Below are positions 1 to 7,770 of a DNA stretch of 43,130 nucleotides, piece by piece (the first letter of the stretch is position 1; every line of letters begins with the position of its first letter). The DNA comes from a virus, in IMG/VR virus record IMGVR_UViG_3300045988_040655, positions 1 through 43,130 of that record. One strand, 5' to 3'. The translations under genes were made by a program, and so were the position numbers. The notes under the pieces are model-generated. The model worked only from the letters and a program-made list of their open reading frames with translations. It had not been told where the DNA came from and did no database searches.

Positions 1-55
1 GGTATCTTGTGTTGCTCATAAGCCCTCCTCATCCCGATAGCGCTTCAAACGGTCT
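1..55. repeat. Terminal direct repeat copy 1 (identical to 43076-43130)
   Basis: GGTATCTTGTGTTGCTCATAAGCCCTCCTCATCCCGATAGCGCTTCAAACGGTCT occurs at both window ends. This is consistent with the overlap of a circular assembly. Confidence 0.9.
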
Positions 56-360
56 AGCCAGCGTTTGGCCTTGTTGAGCATAATGTCATTCGATATTAGG
101 TGTCTGGTAGTTACTAGCACCGCAAGCATAACATCGGAGCATTCTTCCGTAAGACTGTCATACGAATCGTTTAAAGCTTTTGGCGTCGGGCTGATATTCT
201 CTTCCCATCGCGCAGTTTGGAGCGCTCTTCTGTATTTTAGAGCCGCCTGAGACAGCTCCGCAGCTTCTTCCGCAAGCTGAGTCAGCTGGTTGTCTGTATC
301 TATTCGCTCCTCAATTCCCCATATGAGTTCATACAGCTCGTCAGGAATCACAATTTCCAC
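16..360 (-). CDS. MazG-like nucleotide pyrophosphohydrolase (putative)
   Basis: 114 aa with a GTG start; GGGGG SD about 9 nt upstream. The helical pattern LAEEAAELSQAA...LTEECSDVMLAV...KAKRWLDRLKR resembles all-alpha MazG-type NTP-PPases. Its stop overlaps (ATGA) the start of the RinA-like gene across the junction. Confidence 0.5.
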   Translation of the reverse strand: MEIVIPDELYELIWGIEERIDTDNQLTQLAEEAAELSQAALKYRRALQTARWEENISPTPKALNDSYDSLTEECSDVMLAVLVTTRHLISNDIMLNKAKRWLDRLKRYRDEEGL

Positions 361-625
361 TGTTTCGAACCCCCTTCATCTCCGCGCCACAACACGGGCA
401 GTAATCGCTTGATTCAGAATTAGAGAATGTGATGTTGCAATTACACCTAGTGCAGTGCATATTGCCCTGTTCGTCCTCAATCCACCACCCCCGGTGTCTC
501 CGGGGCTTCTCGTGCCAGTCCGCCGCAACGATGCAGGCTGTCAGGAGGATTCCGATAATCATGCCGCCAACGGCAAATGCAAAGTTAGTCAACCAAATCA
601 GGATCACTCGAATCATCCTCCTCAT
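341..625 (-). CDS. Membrane-anchored zinc-ribbon protein, unknown function
   Basis: TM helix LIWLTNFAFAVGGMIIGILLTACIV is followed by HCTRCNC...YCPCCG. The start is ambiguous (ATG at 625 or 616); the track ORF extending to 706 would overlap the upstream gene heavily. Confidence 0.5.
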   Translation of the reverse strand: MRRMIRVILIWLTNFAFAVGGMIIGILLTACIVAADWHEKPRRHRGWWIEDEQGNMHCTRCNCNITFSNSESSDYCPCCGAEMKGVRNSGNCDS

Positions 626-983
626 CCATCCTTGCCCCGCAGTTTTGACAAAACTTTGTGTTCTTCGTGCCGTAAATAGGAGTGGCATGGCACACAGAGC
701 ACTCAAAAAAATGTACGCATCCTATGTGCCGCAAAATCCACTTGCCGCGCAACATCGGTGCAAGCTCAGTTGCCCCGCTTCCGACCAGCTTATCACTTGT
801 CACGGCAAGCACATCTATCGTCGGCGCAGTCTCAAACAACTCGCTGATATAACCGCAAGCATCGCTCCACCCCTGATTGTAGTCGCTGTAGGTTTCCAGC
901 TGTCCAACCACTTTGTACGGATGCACGTCTTCTGCGCTGATAGCAATGTCGATTGCGGTTGACCGTTCAAGGTATTGGGCCAT
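585..983 (-). CDS. Hypothetical protein with C-terminal zinc ribbon
   Basis: 132 aa; CSVCH...FCQNCG motif and an acidic tail. SD GGAGGTGAAATAAATG; the start abuts the stop of the upstream small ORF. Confidence 0.6.
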   Translation of the reverse strand: MAQYLERSTAIDIAISAEDVHPYKVVGQLETYSDYNQGWSDACGYISELFETAPTIDVLAVTSDKLVGSGATELAPMLRGKWILRHIGCVHFFECSVCHATPIYGTKNTKFCQNCGARMDEEDDSSDPDLVD

Positions 984-1139
984 TTATTTCACCTCCCGTA
1001 ACTGCAAAACTCGTCTTTGCCGGTCGCACGAAGCCCTACTTCTCTTCCGTCCAGCATAACTGCGTTTTTTGCACACATATCGCGCCCATTGAATTATCGG
1101 TACGCATCCGCAAAACGGGCAGGGTTTCAGATCATCCAT
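984..1139 (-). CDS. Small zinc-ribbon protein, Lar-like N-terminus (restriction alleviation family?)
   Basis: 51-aa ORF below the track cutoff, translated by hand as MDDLKPCPFCGCVPIIQ.... SD GGAGGTAAAACATG; the TAA stop directly abuts ATG 983. The C-terminal half is very basic and follows an A6 run, so the frame is uncertain. Confidence 0.4.
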   Translation of the reverse strand: MDDLKPCPFCGCVPIIQWARYVCKKRSYAGRKRSRASCDRQRRVLQLREVK

Positions 1140-1250
1140 GTTTTACCTCCTTCAGTTTCACTTTATAGGGCTGAAAAGTTGAACTCATTCTCTCGCCCTA
1201 TCCGAATACCGCCATTTCTGGTGACGAAATTCAAGTTCAAGTGCAATTCG

Positions 1251-1448
1251 TCATCCATTCGTAAAAAGTCCGGTTGAAAGCTCGCGCTCCAGCTTGTTTA
1301 CGATGATTCGTGCGTGGTCAAACTGGCTTTTAATCCCAACATGCATCGCAAGGGAGCGGTTTCTTTTCTCAACCGAATCCTGCCGCATAATATCAGCCAT
1401 GTACAGGTGCAAAAGCCGCACAAGCTCTTTTTTGTTTTCCAGTGTCAT
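1251..1448 (-). CDS. Hypothetical protein (65 aa)
   Basis: Internal start MTLENKKELV... with SD GGAGGAG 8 nt upstream and an ATGA overlap with the upstream gene. The longer track ORF lacks an RBS. Confidence 0.55.
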   Translation of the reverse strand: MTLENKKELVRLLHLYMADIMRQDSVEKRNRSLAMHVGIKSQFDHARIIVNKLERELSTGLFTNG

Positions 1449-1837
1449 TCTGATAGCTCCTCCACCTTGATAGGCGGTTCGTCGCTCTCGTGGTATGTGT
1501 CCAGCGGGATGTCCTGCCGCATCTCTTTTGCCATCAGCCACTGCCTCAGAATGCGCCACATATCTGACGCAATCGCCTCATCGGTTGGGCGCGGGATAGT
1601 TCCGGTTCTGTCCATCACGATGTTTCCAGCCGCATCAAATGCGTATAGGGCGTATTCTTTCTTCTCACACCGTTTGTCAAGCTCCTCGTCTGTGTGGTTG
1701 TCCCAGTCAAAGCCGCGGAACGCCAGCCGGTCAGCAAGGTCGCGCCACTGTCCAAGCGGGGCGCGGAAGTACTCCTCCAGTGCAACTTTAATGATACGCG
1801 CCTGTTCCGTGGTCATTGTAATTTGTAGTTTGTTCAT
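1445..1837 (-). CDS. Hypothetical protein (130 aa)
   Basis: ORF with GAGG SD 6 nt upstream of the ATG. Tightly packed within the early operon. Confidence 0.65.
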   Translation of the reverse strand: MNKLQITMTTEQARIIKVALEEYFRAPLGQWRDLADRLAFRGFDWDNHTDEELDKRCEKKEYALYAFDAAGNIVMDRTGTIPRPTDEAIASDMWRILRQWLMAKEMRQDIPLDTYHESDEPPIKVEELSE

Positions 1838-1849
1838 GTCATGCCTCTG

Positions 1850-2788
1850 TTACTGTTCATCGGCCGCAAGTTCCAGCAATTCCGGCGCATATCTCCTTGC
1901 GGCCAGCTCGATATATAGGCGCATTTCAGCCGCAAATTCAGGCGTTTCTCCTGTCTCGGCGGCGTGCCGTTCATTATTTTCAAGCCACCATGCGATCGTA
2001 TGCACCTGACAGCCGATGCGCAACTCAGTCGCACTTGCCATGTTGACGTAATATTTAGACGACTGGATTTGGAGCGGCGAGACATCCCACGCATTGCCGG
2101 ACACCCGCGCATTGCCGGACACCTGCGCATTGCCGGACACCAGCGCATCGCCGGACACCTGCGCATTGCCGTACACCCACGCATTGCCGGACACCTGCGC
2201 ATTGCCGTACACCAGCGCATTGCCGGACACCAGCGCATCGCCGGACACCTGCGCATTGCCGTACACCCACGCATCGCCGGACACCCGCGCATTGCCGGAC
2301 ACCTGCGCATTGCCGGACACCTGCGCATTGCCGGACACCTGCGCATCGCCGTACACCCGCGCATTGCCGTACACCCACGCATTGTCGTACACCCGCGCAT
2401 TGCCGGACACCCACGCATTGCCGGACACCCGCGCATTGCCGGACACCTGCGCATTGCCGTACACCCACGCATTGCCGTACACCCGCGCATTGCCGGACAC
2501 CTGCGCATTGCCGGACACCTGCGCATTGCCGGACACCTGCGCATTGCCGGACACCAGCGCATCGCCGGACACCAGCGCATCGCCGGACACCAGCGCATTG
2601 CCGGACACCTGCGCATCGCCGTACACCCACGCATTGCCGGACACGTCTAAATTTTTTTCATTTTCGACCCAGCCGCCCAGGTCTCCCTCGCGGACACCCG
2701 CAAAGCTGATCCGCGCTTTTATCCTGTGGAGTACAGCACCGTCATCTGTGACTAACGTGTCACTCGTAAATTCATACTTGTTATTCAT
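1850..2788 (-). CDS. Hexapeptide-repeat (left-handed beta-helix type) protein, YdcK-like N-terminus
   Basis: 312 aa. The N-terminus (...VREGDLGGWVENEKNLDVSGNAWVYG) resembles E. coli YdcK-type proteins. About 31 uninterrupted V-[SY]-G-[ND]-A-[QRWL] hexapeptides follow, then a ~75-aa C-terminal domain. Confidence 0.8.
   Translation of the reverse strand: MNNKYEFTSDTLVTDDGAVLHRIKARISFAGVREGDLGGWVENEKNLDVSGNAWVYGDAQVSGNALVSGDALVSGDALVSGNAQVSGNAQVSGNAQVSGNARVYGNAWVYGNAQVSGNARVSGNAWVSGNARVYDNAWVYGNARVYGDAQVSGNAQVSGNAQVSGNARVSGDAWVYGNAQVSGDALVSGNALVYGNAQVSGNAWVYGNAQVSGDALVSGNAQVSGNARVSGNAWDVSPLQIQSSKYYVNMASATELRIGCQVHTIAWWLENNERHAAETGETPEFAAEMRLYIELAARRYAPELLELAADEQ
2091..2648. repeat. 31 tandem copies of an 18-bp unit (GCATTGCCGGACACCTGC consensus on + strand)
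   Basis: Counted unit by unit from 2091; the last unit is degenerate. Variation is confined to unit positions 5, 10 and 15-17, apart from one G->T at position 7 in unit 17 (2385). The array is in frame with CDS 1850-2788. Confidence 0.95.
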
Positions 2789-3188
2789 GCTTTACCTCCT
2801 GTATATCTACCTCGACTCTCGGAGTCTCCGAGTAATACTTGATTACCGTACAGCGTACAATTTGTGCATCATCCTTGTACGCGCATCCGTTCAACGCATC
2901 GCAAATGATCTTTGCCACGTTGTCACAGTCCGGCTTTTTGGCTGGGCGGATACGCCCCAGCAGCATTCCCAGCCGCCTCGCCTTGCTGGTGCTTTGAGGA
3001 ATGGGAAACCATGCCATAATAAGCACATTCAGCGCGGTATCGTCCTTAAACCGCTCCCCTCCCGCTTTCGCCCAGCAAGCTCTCACAAGCTCCTCGTAGC
3101 GCCGTGTTTCCTCCGGGGTATAAGTTCCCCTCCTAGTCACTCTAGGCCGCGCCTTGCCCCGTGGAGCGCCCGGAATCGTAATTCTCAT
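2781..3188 (-). CDS. rusA: RusA-family Holliday junction resolvase
   Basis: 135 aa. GKARPR...KKPDCDNVAKIICDALNGCAYKDDAQI is the classical RusA motif (PDxDN...DAL...DD). Confidence 0.9.
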   Translation of the reverse strand: MRITIPGAPRGKARPRVTRRGTYTPEETRRYEELVRACWAKAGGERFKDDTALNVLIMAWFPIPQSTSKARRLGMLLGRIRPAKKPDCDNVAKIICDALNGCAYKDDAQIVRCTVIKYYSETPRVEVDIQEVKHE

Positions 3189-3340
3189 GCCATGCCTCCT
3201 AACTTCATCTGCTCCGGGGTTATTTCCTCAACGGAAACAACCACTGTATCGCCCCAGCGCTCCAGATCCATTGCTATCTGCTCCTTCACTCCGATAGCCT
3301 GCCCGGTAGGTGCATCGACCTCAACTGTGACCCTGAGCAT
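3185..3340 (-). CDS. Small hypothetical protein (51 aa)
   Basis: Start MLRVTVEV... with GAGGG SD. ATGA-type overlap with rusA at the 3' end. The longer track ORF overlaps the upstream gene. Confidence 0.45.
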   Translation of the reverse strand: MLRVTVEVDAPTGQAIGVKEQIAMDLERWGDTVVVSVEEITPEQMKLGGMA

Positions 3341-3701
3341 TTCTTCGTTCCCTCTGGGTTGGCAGGCCGCGCTTGCGCCGCCAATAACCAATCGTCGTAT
3401 GGTTCAGGCCGGTTTCGGCGCTGATCTGGTAGTCCGTCAGCCCCTGTTCCCACATGGCCGTCAGCTGATCGTTGAGCTGTGCCGTCACATTCCACGGCTT
3501 CTTTTCCGGCTCAATGTCGGCTTTCGGCATTGGAGCCGGTAGCCGGTTCTTCTCCTTTGCGCCTCTAAGTGGTTCGTACACCGTGCATTCTTTGCCCGGC
3601 GGGCATGGGCAGCGCTTGTTTGTCGCGCCGATGTAATCACACCACCCTTGCCCAAACCCGTATTTGCACCTACGGCATTTTGCGTTATTTCTCGTCCTCA
3701 T
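3321..3701 (-). CDS. Cys-rich N-terminus / C-terminal HTH DNA-binding protein
   Basis: 126 aa. CRRCKYGFGQGWCDY...CPCPPGKEC is followed by LTDYQISAETGLNHTTIGYWRRKRGLP, an HTH resembling sigma region 4 or terS. Confidence 0.6.
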   Translation of the reverse strand: MRTRNNAKCRRCKYGFGQGWCDYIGATNKRCPCPPGKECTVYEPLRGAKEKNRLPAPMPKADIEPEKKPWNVTAQLNDQLTAMWEQGLTDYQISAETGLNHTTIGYWRRKRGLPTQRERRNAQGHS

Positions 3702-3849
3702 CGATATACCCCCAAGCCGAGTGCCCGCACTTCAGCATCTTCATTTTGGCATTGCCTCCTTATCAATTTTTAGGATTAGTCGATATACTCCCAAACGGCT
3801 CGGCCCTTGCCGGAGTTGCGCCACTGGCCAATACCCTTGAACTGGGCAC

Positions 3850-4191
3850 TTAACTCCAGTGCTCATAGCGTTCCTCCCATCTGAGATATTCGGGGCCGAA
3901 GATCTGTTCCTGCTGACGGTCGATGCGGTCTCGGATGTAGTCGGATTCCGGGTTTTTGCTGATGGCCTGCATATACTCTGGCCAGCGGGCGTTAAACTCC
4001 TCGGAAATCTTTGTGAGTCGTTCCGCTCCGAATCCGTAGCAGTCATTTAGCAGCCCCGCCATAACATCAAGCGTTAGCTGAGTGGCCCACATAGTGATAA
4101 TCCGGTCTCGGGCTTCCCGCCGCTCTTGCAACTCCTGCGCATAGGTCTGTCCCCGCATCTGGCGATGCGTCGAGTGCTTCTTATTCGCCAT
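3850..4191 (-). CDS. Hypothetical protein (113 aa)
   Basis: Start MANKKHS... with SD GGAGGTCGAAAATG. Overlaps the upstream gene by 11 nt. Confidence 0.6.
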   Translation of the reverse strand: MANKKHSTHRQMRGQTYAQELQERREARDRIITMWATQLTLDVMAGLLNDCYGFGAERLTKISEEFNARWPEYMQAISKNPESDYIRDRIDRQQEQIFGPEYLRWEERYEHWS

Positions 4192-4813
4192 TTTCGACCT
4201 CCTGCACATCGATAGTCACCGTGACTCTTTTCCCCGCAAACATATTGGCTAGTATCTTAACCGCGTCGAAATCGAAGCGGTTAAGCTCAATTCGTGCCGA
4301 AATAACGGGAGTATCAGCCAGCTGATCGGTCTGAAGGTATGGCACTTTCTCGATTTGAGCGTCTTCTTCAGCAGCGCATCTGCCACCCAAACTGGATTCT
4401 ACTACCTTCCGAATGGCTTCTGCGGTTCCGGGGTCGATTCTCGCCCCCTGTTTACGCTTGATCTTTTTGGATATTCCCACCCGTTTCGCATGTACGCTCA
4501 GTGTAGTGGGGCTTAACTGCCAGAAATGCTGCCCAAGCGTACTCAAGCTAACCCCAAAGCGCTCCATCCAGTGGTTAAGATAGTCCGCCTGAAAGTCTAC
4601 CGGCAATTTTTTGAAATCCTTGTAGCTGTACACCTTGTCCAAACTGTACACTGCGCACTTCCCGCTCATTTTTTTGAGCTGGGAGGGGGTAAGTGCATCG
4701 CTTGGCAGGGAACACGCTCTTGATCTGCTTCCGCGCTTCACATGAGAAGCACTGTGCGCGATTTGTTTTTTCTCGCGGCAATCGCTCACAAAGGTTCGTT
4801 CATACTCGTTCAT
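4181..4813 (-). CDS. Hypothetical protein, possible DNA-binding (210 aa)
   Basis: Long ORF in the early operon. Central segment FGVSLSTLGQHFWQLSPTTLSVHAKRVGIS is HTH-like. No enzymatic motif recognised. Confidence 0.55.
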   Translation of the reverse strand: MNEYERTFVSDCREKKQIAHSASHVKRGSRSRACSLPSDALTPSQLKKMSGKCAVYSLDKVYSYKDFKKLPVDFQADYLNHWMERFGVSLSTLGQHFWQLSPTTLSVHAKRVGISKKIKRKQGARIDPGTAEAIRKVVESSLGGRCAAEEDAQIEKVPYLQTDQLADTPVISARIELNRFDFDAVKILANMFAGKRVTVTIDVQEVENGE

Positions 4814-5612
4814 CCTGTTTCACCTCTTCTTCCGCGTCCATTTCCGCTAAAGCATTCTGCATCCACTCCGCATTCTGTTTCGCCCTGCTGGGCACACGCG
4901 GAGCTTCGCCGGGTTTTGCCGGGGTGGGAAAGCTGTCCTTGCGTGGAGCGTCTTTCACCTCGTCCTCCCAGCCTTCGGCGCGTAACCACGATGCTGGGTA
5001 AGGCACATACTCCCCGTTCTCCTTCGTCCACTCGTGGGAGGCGGTAAGCAGTTTTAATTTCGCCATTATGGCCGAGACCAGTTCTCCGCTAGGCTTTATC
5101 TGCGCCCACGCCTTCTTGGCGTCGCCTTTTGATTTCTTTTTCGGGTACAAAGCCCAGAACGCTTCAAAATCAGGATCAGGCAGCTCTTGCGTGGTTTTCT
5201 TCCGCCCCCTCTTGGGGGGTATGGGGGGTATACTCTCCGAAGGAGAGTTATTTTTTTCTTTTTCTTTGTTTTTATATGGCATCGTTCGCATTGCGTCTGA
5301 TGCGTCCGCATCCGTTCGCATGCTTTCGCATTCGCTGGCGTCGCGTTTCTTCCATCTGGATTCAGCCGCAGATTTTGCAGATTCTCGCTTCGCGGTGTAT
5401 TTCTCAATCGCTCTGCGTTGGTCTGCGTAGATACTAGGCATGATGTACTTTTCCGGCCCGTCAAAAGCGGTTTCCTGCCCAGTATGGCGAAAAATCATAA
5501 TTGCCTTCGCAATTCTCCCAATCTCCTCATCTGAGTACGCAGCGAGTAGATCCAGGTATTTTGTGGGGAGAATTGCATACTCGTTATCCGCGTATTCGTT
5601 GCTCATAGGCAT
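4800..5612 (-). CDS. Putative replication-associated protein (DUF6291-like N-terminus plus conserved FxxFWxxYPKK...W domain)
   Basis: 270 aa. FEAFWALYPKKKSKGDAKKAWAQIKP...PYPASWLRAEGWEDE resembles domains seen in Firmicute phage and plasmid replication-module proteins. TGATG coupling to ssb. Confidence 0.5.
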   Translation of the reverse strand: MPMSNEYADNEYAILPTKYLDLLAAYSDEEIGRIAKAIMIFRHTGQETAFDGPEKYIMPSIYADQRRAIEKYTAKRESAKSAAESRWKKRDASECESMRTDADASDAMRTMPYKNKEKEKNNSPSESIPPIPPKRGRKKTTQELPDPDFEAFWALYPKKKSKGDAKKAWAQIKPSGELVSAIMAKLKLLTASHEWTKENGEYVPYPASWLRAEGWEDEVKDAPRKDSFPTPAKPGEAPRVPSRAKQNAEWMQNALAEMDAEEEVKQDERV

Positions 5613-6025
5613 CAGAAGGGCAACTCGCCATCATCGTCAACGTCATCAAGCTCAGCAAAATCGTCATGTGCGGGCTGAGTTGCCGGTGCGCTATCGTCAC
5701 GTTTGTTGCTGTCCGCAAAGTATACGCTGTCCGCAATAACCTCCGCAGAGCGGCGTTTGTTGCCGTGCTTATCCGTCCAGTCGCGCATCTGCAAACGGCC
5801 TTCCACGACGGCCTGACGGCCTTTTGTGAAGTACCGGGAAACAAACTCTCCGGTCTGCCGCCAGGCCACTACGTCGATGAAATCCGTCTGGCGTTCGCCG
5901 CTGGACTTGTCCTTGAAATCCCTCTCGACTGCGAGGGAGAAGGACGCAACCGCTGTCCCTGTGTTTGTGTGGCGCAGCTCGGGGTCTTTCGTGAGCCGCC
6001 CCATAAGTACGATGTGATTAAGCAT
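5612..6025 (-). CDS. ssb: Single-stranded DNA-binding protein
   Basis: 137 aa. MLNHIVLMGRLTKDPELRHT...FIDVVAWRQTGEF...GRLQMRDW is an OB fold, with the acidic tail DDDGELPF. Confidence 0.95.
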   Translation of the reverse strand: MLNHIVLMGRLTKDPELRHTNTGTAVASFSLAVERDFKDKSSGERQTDFIDVVAWRQTGEFVSRYFTKGRQAVVEGRLQMRDWTDKHGNKRRSAEVIADSVYFADSNKRDDSAPATQPAHDDFAELDDVDDDGELPF

Positions 6026-6036
6026 CTATATACCTC

Positions 6037-6315
6037 CTACAAATAATTGTGGCCGAACTCCGCGATGAAGTCCTCAATCGACCAGCCATTTTCGGCCATC
6101 GCTTTTACCTGCCCGTACCGCTTGCAGATCAGCATAGTTTCCGGGTCTCGATGCACTGCATGTCTGCCGAAGATATGGCAGGTGTCATGGCAAAGGTAAA
6201 TCACAAGGCCGTAATGCTCGGATTTGCTTCTCAGTGAACCTCCGAATATGTGGTGCCGGTCGAGCCGCTGGTCTGTTCGTCCGCAGAGCCAGCAGCGTTT
6301 TTCTCCTCTTTCCAT
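6037..6315 (-). CDS. Small Cys/His-rich HNH-like protein
   Basis: 92 aa. CWLCG...DRHHIFGG...LCHDTCH...AVH pattern. Weak RBS; overlaps the upstream gene by 85 nt. Confidence 0.5.
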   Translation of the reverse strand: MERGEKRCWLCGRTDQRLDRHHIFGGSLRSKSEHYGLVIYLCHDTCHIFGRHAVHRDPETMLICKRYGQVKAMAENGWSIEDFIAEFGHNYL

Positions 6316-6818
6316 TGCGCTAATAGGCTTCGCACCTCCTCTTCTGGGCGGGTCTCAATGCCAAGTGCCTTGCAGTCCTGCACGCAGTTGTCAATCAGCC
6401 GGGACATCTGCGCCGTGTCAAAATCGGAGCTGCCGTAGTACGCCAAAACCGTCGTACAGCCGGGAATCTTGCTCGCCCTAGTGTCTATACTTCTGCCGTA
6501 GTGATCGGAGCACCACAGCCGACTGAACGCTTCAACGGCGGCACTCATCATGCAGTACGTCTCGTAGTTGCTCATATCTACGATGTGCCGCCGGTAGACC
6601 TCACCGGACGTGACACCCATGTGCTGTGCCAGCTTACCGCATAGCTCCCAGTAATAGGCATTAGCATCCAGACTGCGCTTTTTTGTCTTGCGCTTGACCG
6701 TTACCGTGTACTCCTTGTCCGCCACCAGCTCCCCCAGCGTATCGCCGGGGGACTGGCAAGGGACGCAGACATAGCCGCCGAAATACTTGATGTCGGAGCC
6801 TTTGCAGTTCAGAGTCAT
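6231..6818 (-). CDS. NinB/Orf-like recombination mediator (putative)
   Basis: 195 aa. VTVKRKTKKRSLDANAYYWELCGKLAQ parallels lambda NinB (IQERNRSLDQNRKLWACLGDVS). GSSDFDTAQMSRLIDNCVQDCKALGI parallels its C-terminal helix. Confidence 0.55.
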   Translation of the reverse strand: MTLNCKGSDIKYFGGYVCVPCQSPGDTLGELVADKEYTVTVKRKTKKRSLDANAYYWELCGKLAQHMGVTSGEVYRRHIVDMSNYETYCMMSAAVEAFSRLWCSDHYGRSIDTRASKIPGCTTVLAYYGSSDFDTAQMSRLIDNCVQDCKALGIETRPEEEVRSLLAQWKEEKNAAGSADEQTSGSTGTTYSEVH

Positions 6819-7588
6819 GCGCTTGCCTCCGCATTAGCCGCGAGAGCCTTCTTGGCCTCTGCGGCCTTCTCGGCCTTGAAAGCCTTCATCAGGCAGGAGT
6901 AGCACAAATGCTTGTTGAAGTGCATCCCATTTCGGATGATGGTATCATAGTCATTGTTCCGGGTGGCGGTAATCGTTTCGCCGCATTCTTCGCAGGTAGC
7001 AGGGGGCTTTTGAGCCACATTAGGATCAGGCTCTTTCGGTTCTGCGGCGGGCTTCCCTTCCGCACTCGTTGAGGATGGTTCGCGCGTATCGCTAAAATCA
7101 TCAGATTCGGATTCGGAATACACGCCAGAGTAGGCCAGCTTGGATGTTTTCAGGACGACGCGATCAAACATCCGTTTCAGGGCCATCGCATACGGATAAG
7201 CATTTTTACCGTTGACCCGGCTGAACTCACCCACTTCATAGACTCCCTGCTCGTTGCAGTTGTAGGTGTAAACAAGGGACTCGCCCCAGCCATCCTTGTC
7301 AAGCTCTACGCACTGTGGCCGGAACCGCTTCTCCTCCGGGAGACTATCGTTGATCTTGAGACAGCCGTTATGGGAAATGATAAGGCCGGTATAGCCCATT
7401 TTTCCGCTTTTGGTCTCGTTCATCAGAATCCAGAAATCGCCGTCTGTCAGGCCATATTTACCGCTTTCGATCATCTCAATGGCCTTGTCCCGCGCTTCGA
7501 TGTATTTAGGGCTTCGCCATACCGGGATCTTCTTCTTTTGCTTGGCGCTGTATTCTTCTGCGTGTTCGCCGAAATTATGATTGCTCAC
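6815..7588 (-). CDS. Hypothetical recombination-module protein with C-terminal zinc ribbon
   Basis: 257 aa. Sits in the recombinase position (upstream of NinB-like and ssb). CEECG...CYSC motif. No confident match to the RecT, Erf or Sak families from sequence alone. Confidence 0.55.
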   Translation of the reverse strand: MSNHNFGEHAEEYSAKQKKKIPVWRSPKYIEARDKAIEMIESGKYGLTDGDFWILMNETKSGKMGYTGLIISHNGCLKINDSLPEEKRFRPQCVELDKDGWGESLVYTYNCNEQGVYEVGEFSRVNGKNAYPYAMALKRMFDRVVLKTSKLAYSGVYSESESDDFSDTREPSSTSAEGKPAAEPKEPDPNVAQKPPATCEECGETITATRNNDYDTIIRNGMHFNKHLCYSCLMKAFKAEKAAEAKKALAANAEASA

Positions 7589-7770
7589 TCCGCCTCATCC
7601 TCCTTTACCTTGCAGATCAGCGCTCCATAGCTGTTGGCGCCGTCGCAGTACCAGCAGTCGGACTGCGGCTTATACAGCCATGTTCCGCGCTTGTCAAACG
7701 GCTCGTGGCCGTTCAGCGGGGTAACGGTCATCGTGCCCCGAAATATCTTATAGCCATCACAGGTCAGCAT
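7585..7770 (-). CDS. Hypothetical protein (61 aa)
   Basis: ORF with ATGA overlap to the downstream gene. Confidence 0.5.
   Translation of the reverse strand: MLTCDGYKIFRGTMTVTPLNGHEPFDKRGTWLYKPQSDCWYCDGANSYGALICKVKEDEAE

Noticed and set aside
363-376. tRNA-like T-loop string GTTTCGAACCCCC
   Set aside because: There are no flanking acceptor or anticodon stems, and it lies inside overlapping CDSs. No tRNA was found anywhere in the window.
2091-2648. The 18-bp tandem array as a CRISPR array or as the target of a diversity-generating retroelement
   Set aside because: The units are contiguous with no spacers and are in frame within a CDS, so this is not CRISPR. Several variable sites involve adenines (CAG/CGG/CTG, AAT/GAT, TAC/TCC), which recalls DGR mutagenesis. 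However, no reverse transcriptase, template repeat or accessory gene exists in this complete genome.
1834-3542. Long ORFs in other frames over the repeat (1834-2634 -, 2055-2630 -, 1964-2650 +, 2094-3542 +)
   Set aside because: These are stop-free artefacts of the 18-bp periodicity. The products are monotonous (MRRCPAMR..., GVRQCAGVR..., RIAGH..., LPDT...) and lack RBSs. 2094-3542 also runs antisense through rusA.
3685-3744. 19-aa mini-ORF (MKMLKCGHSAWGYIDEDEK) behind an AGGAGG in the 148-nt gap upstream of 3321-3701
   Set aside because: The SD spacing (10 nt) is acceptable and the ORF overlaps the next start, so it could be a coupling leader peptide. It is too short to support without conservation or ribosome-profiling data.
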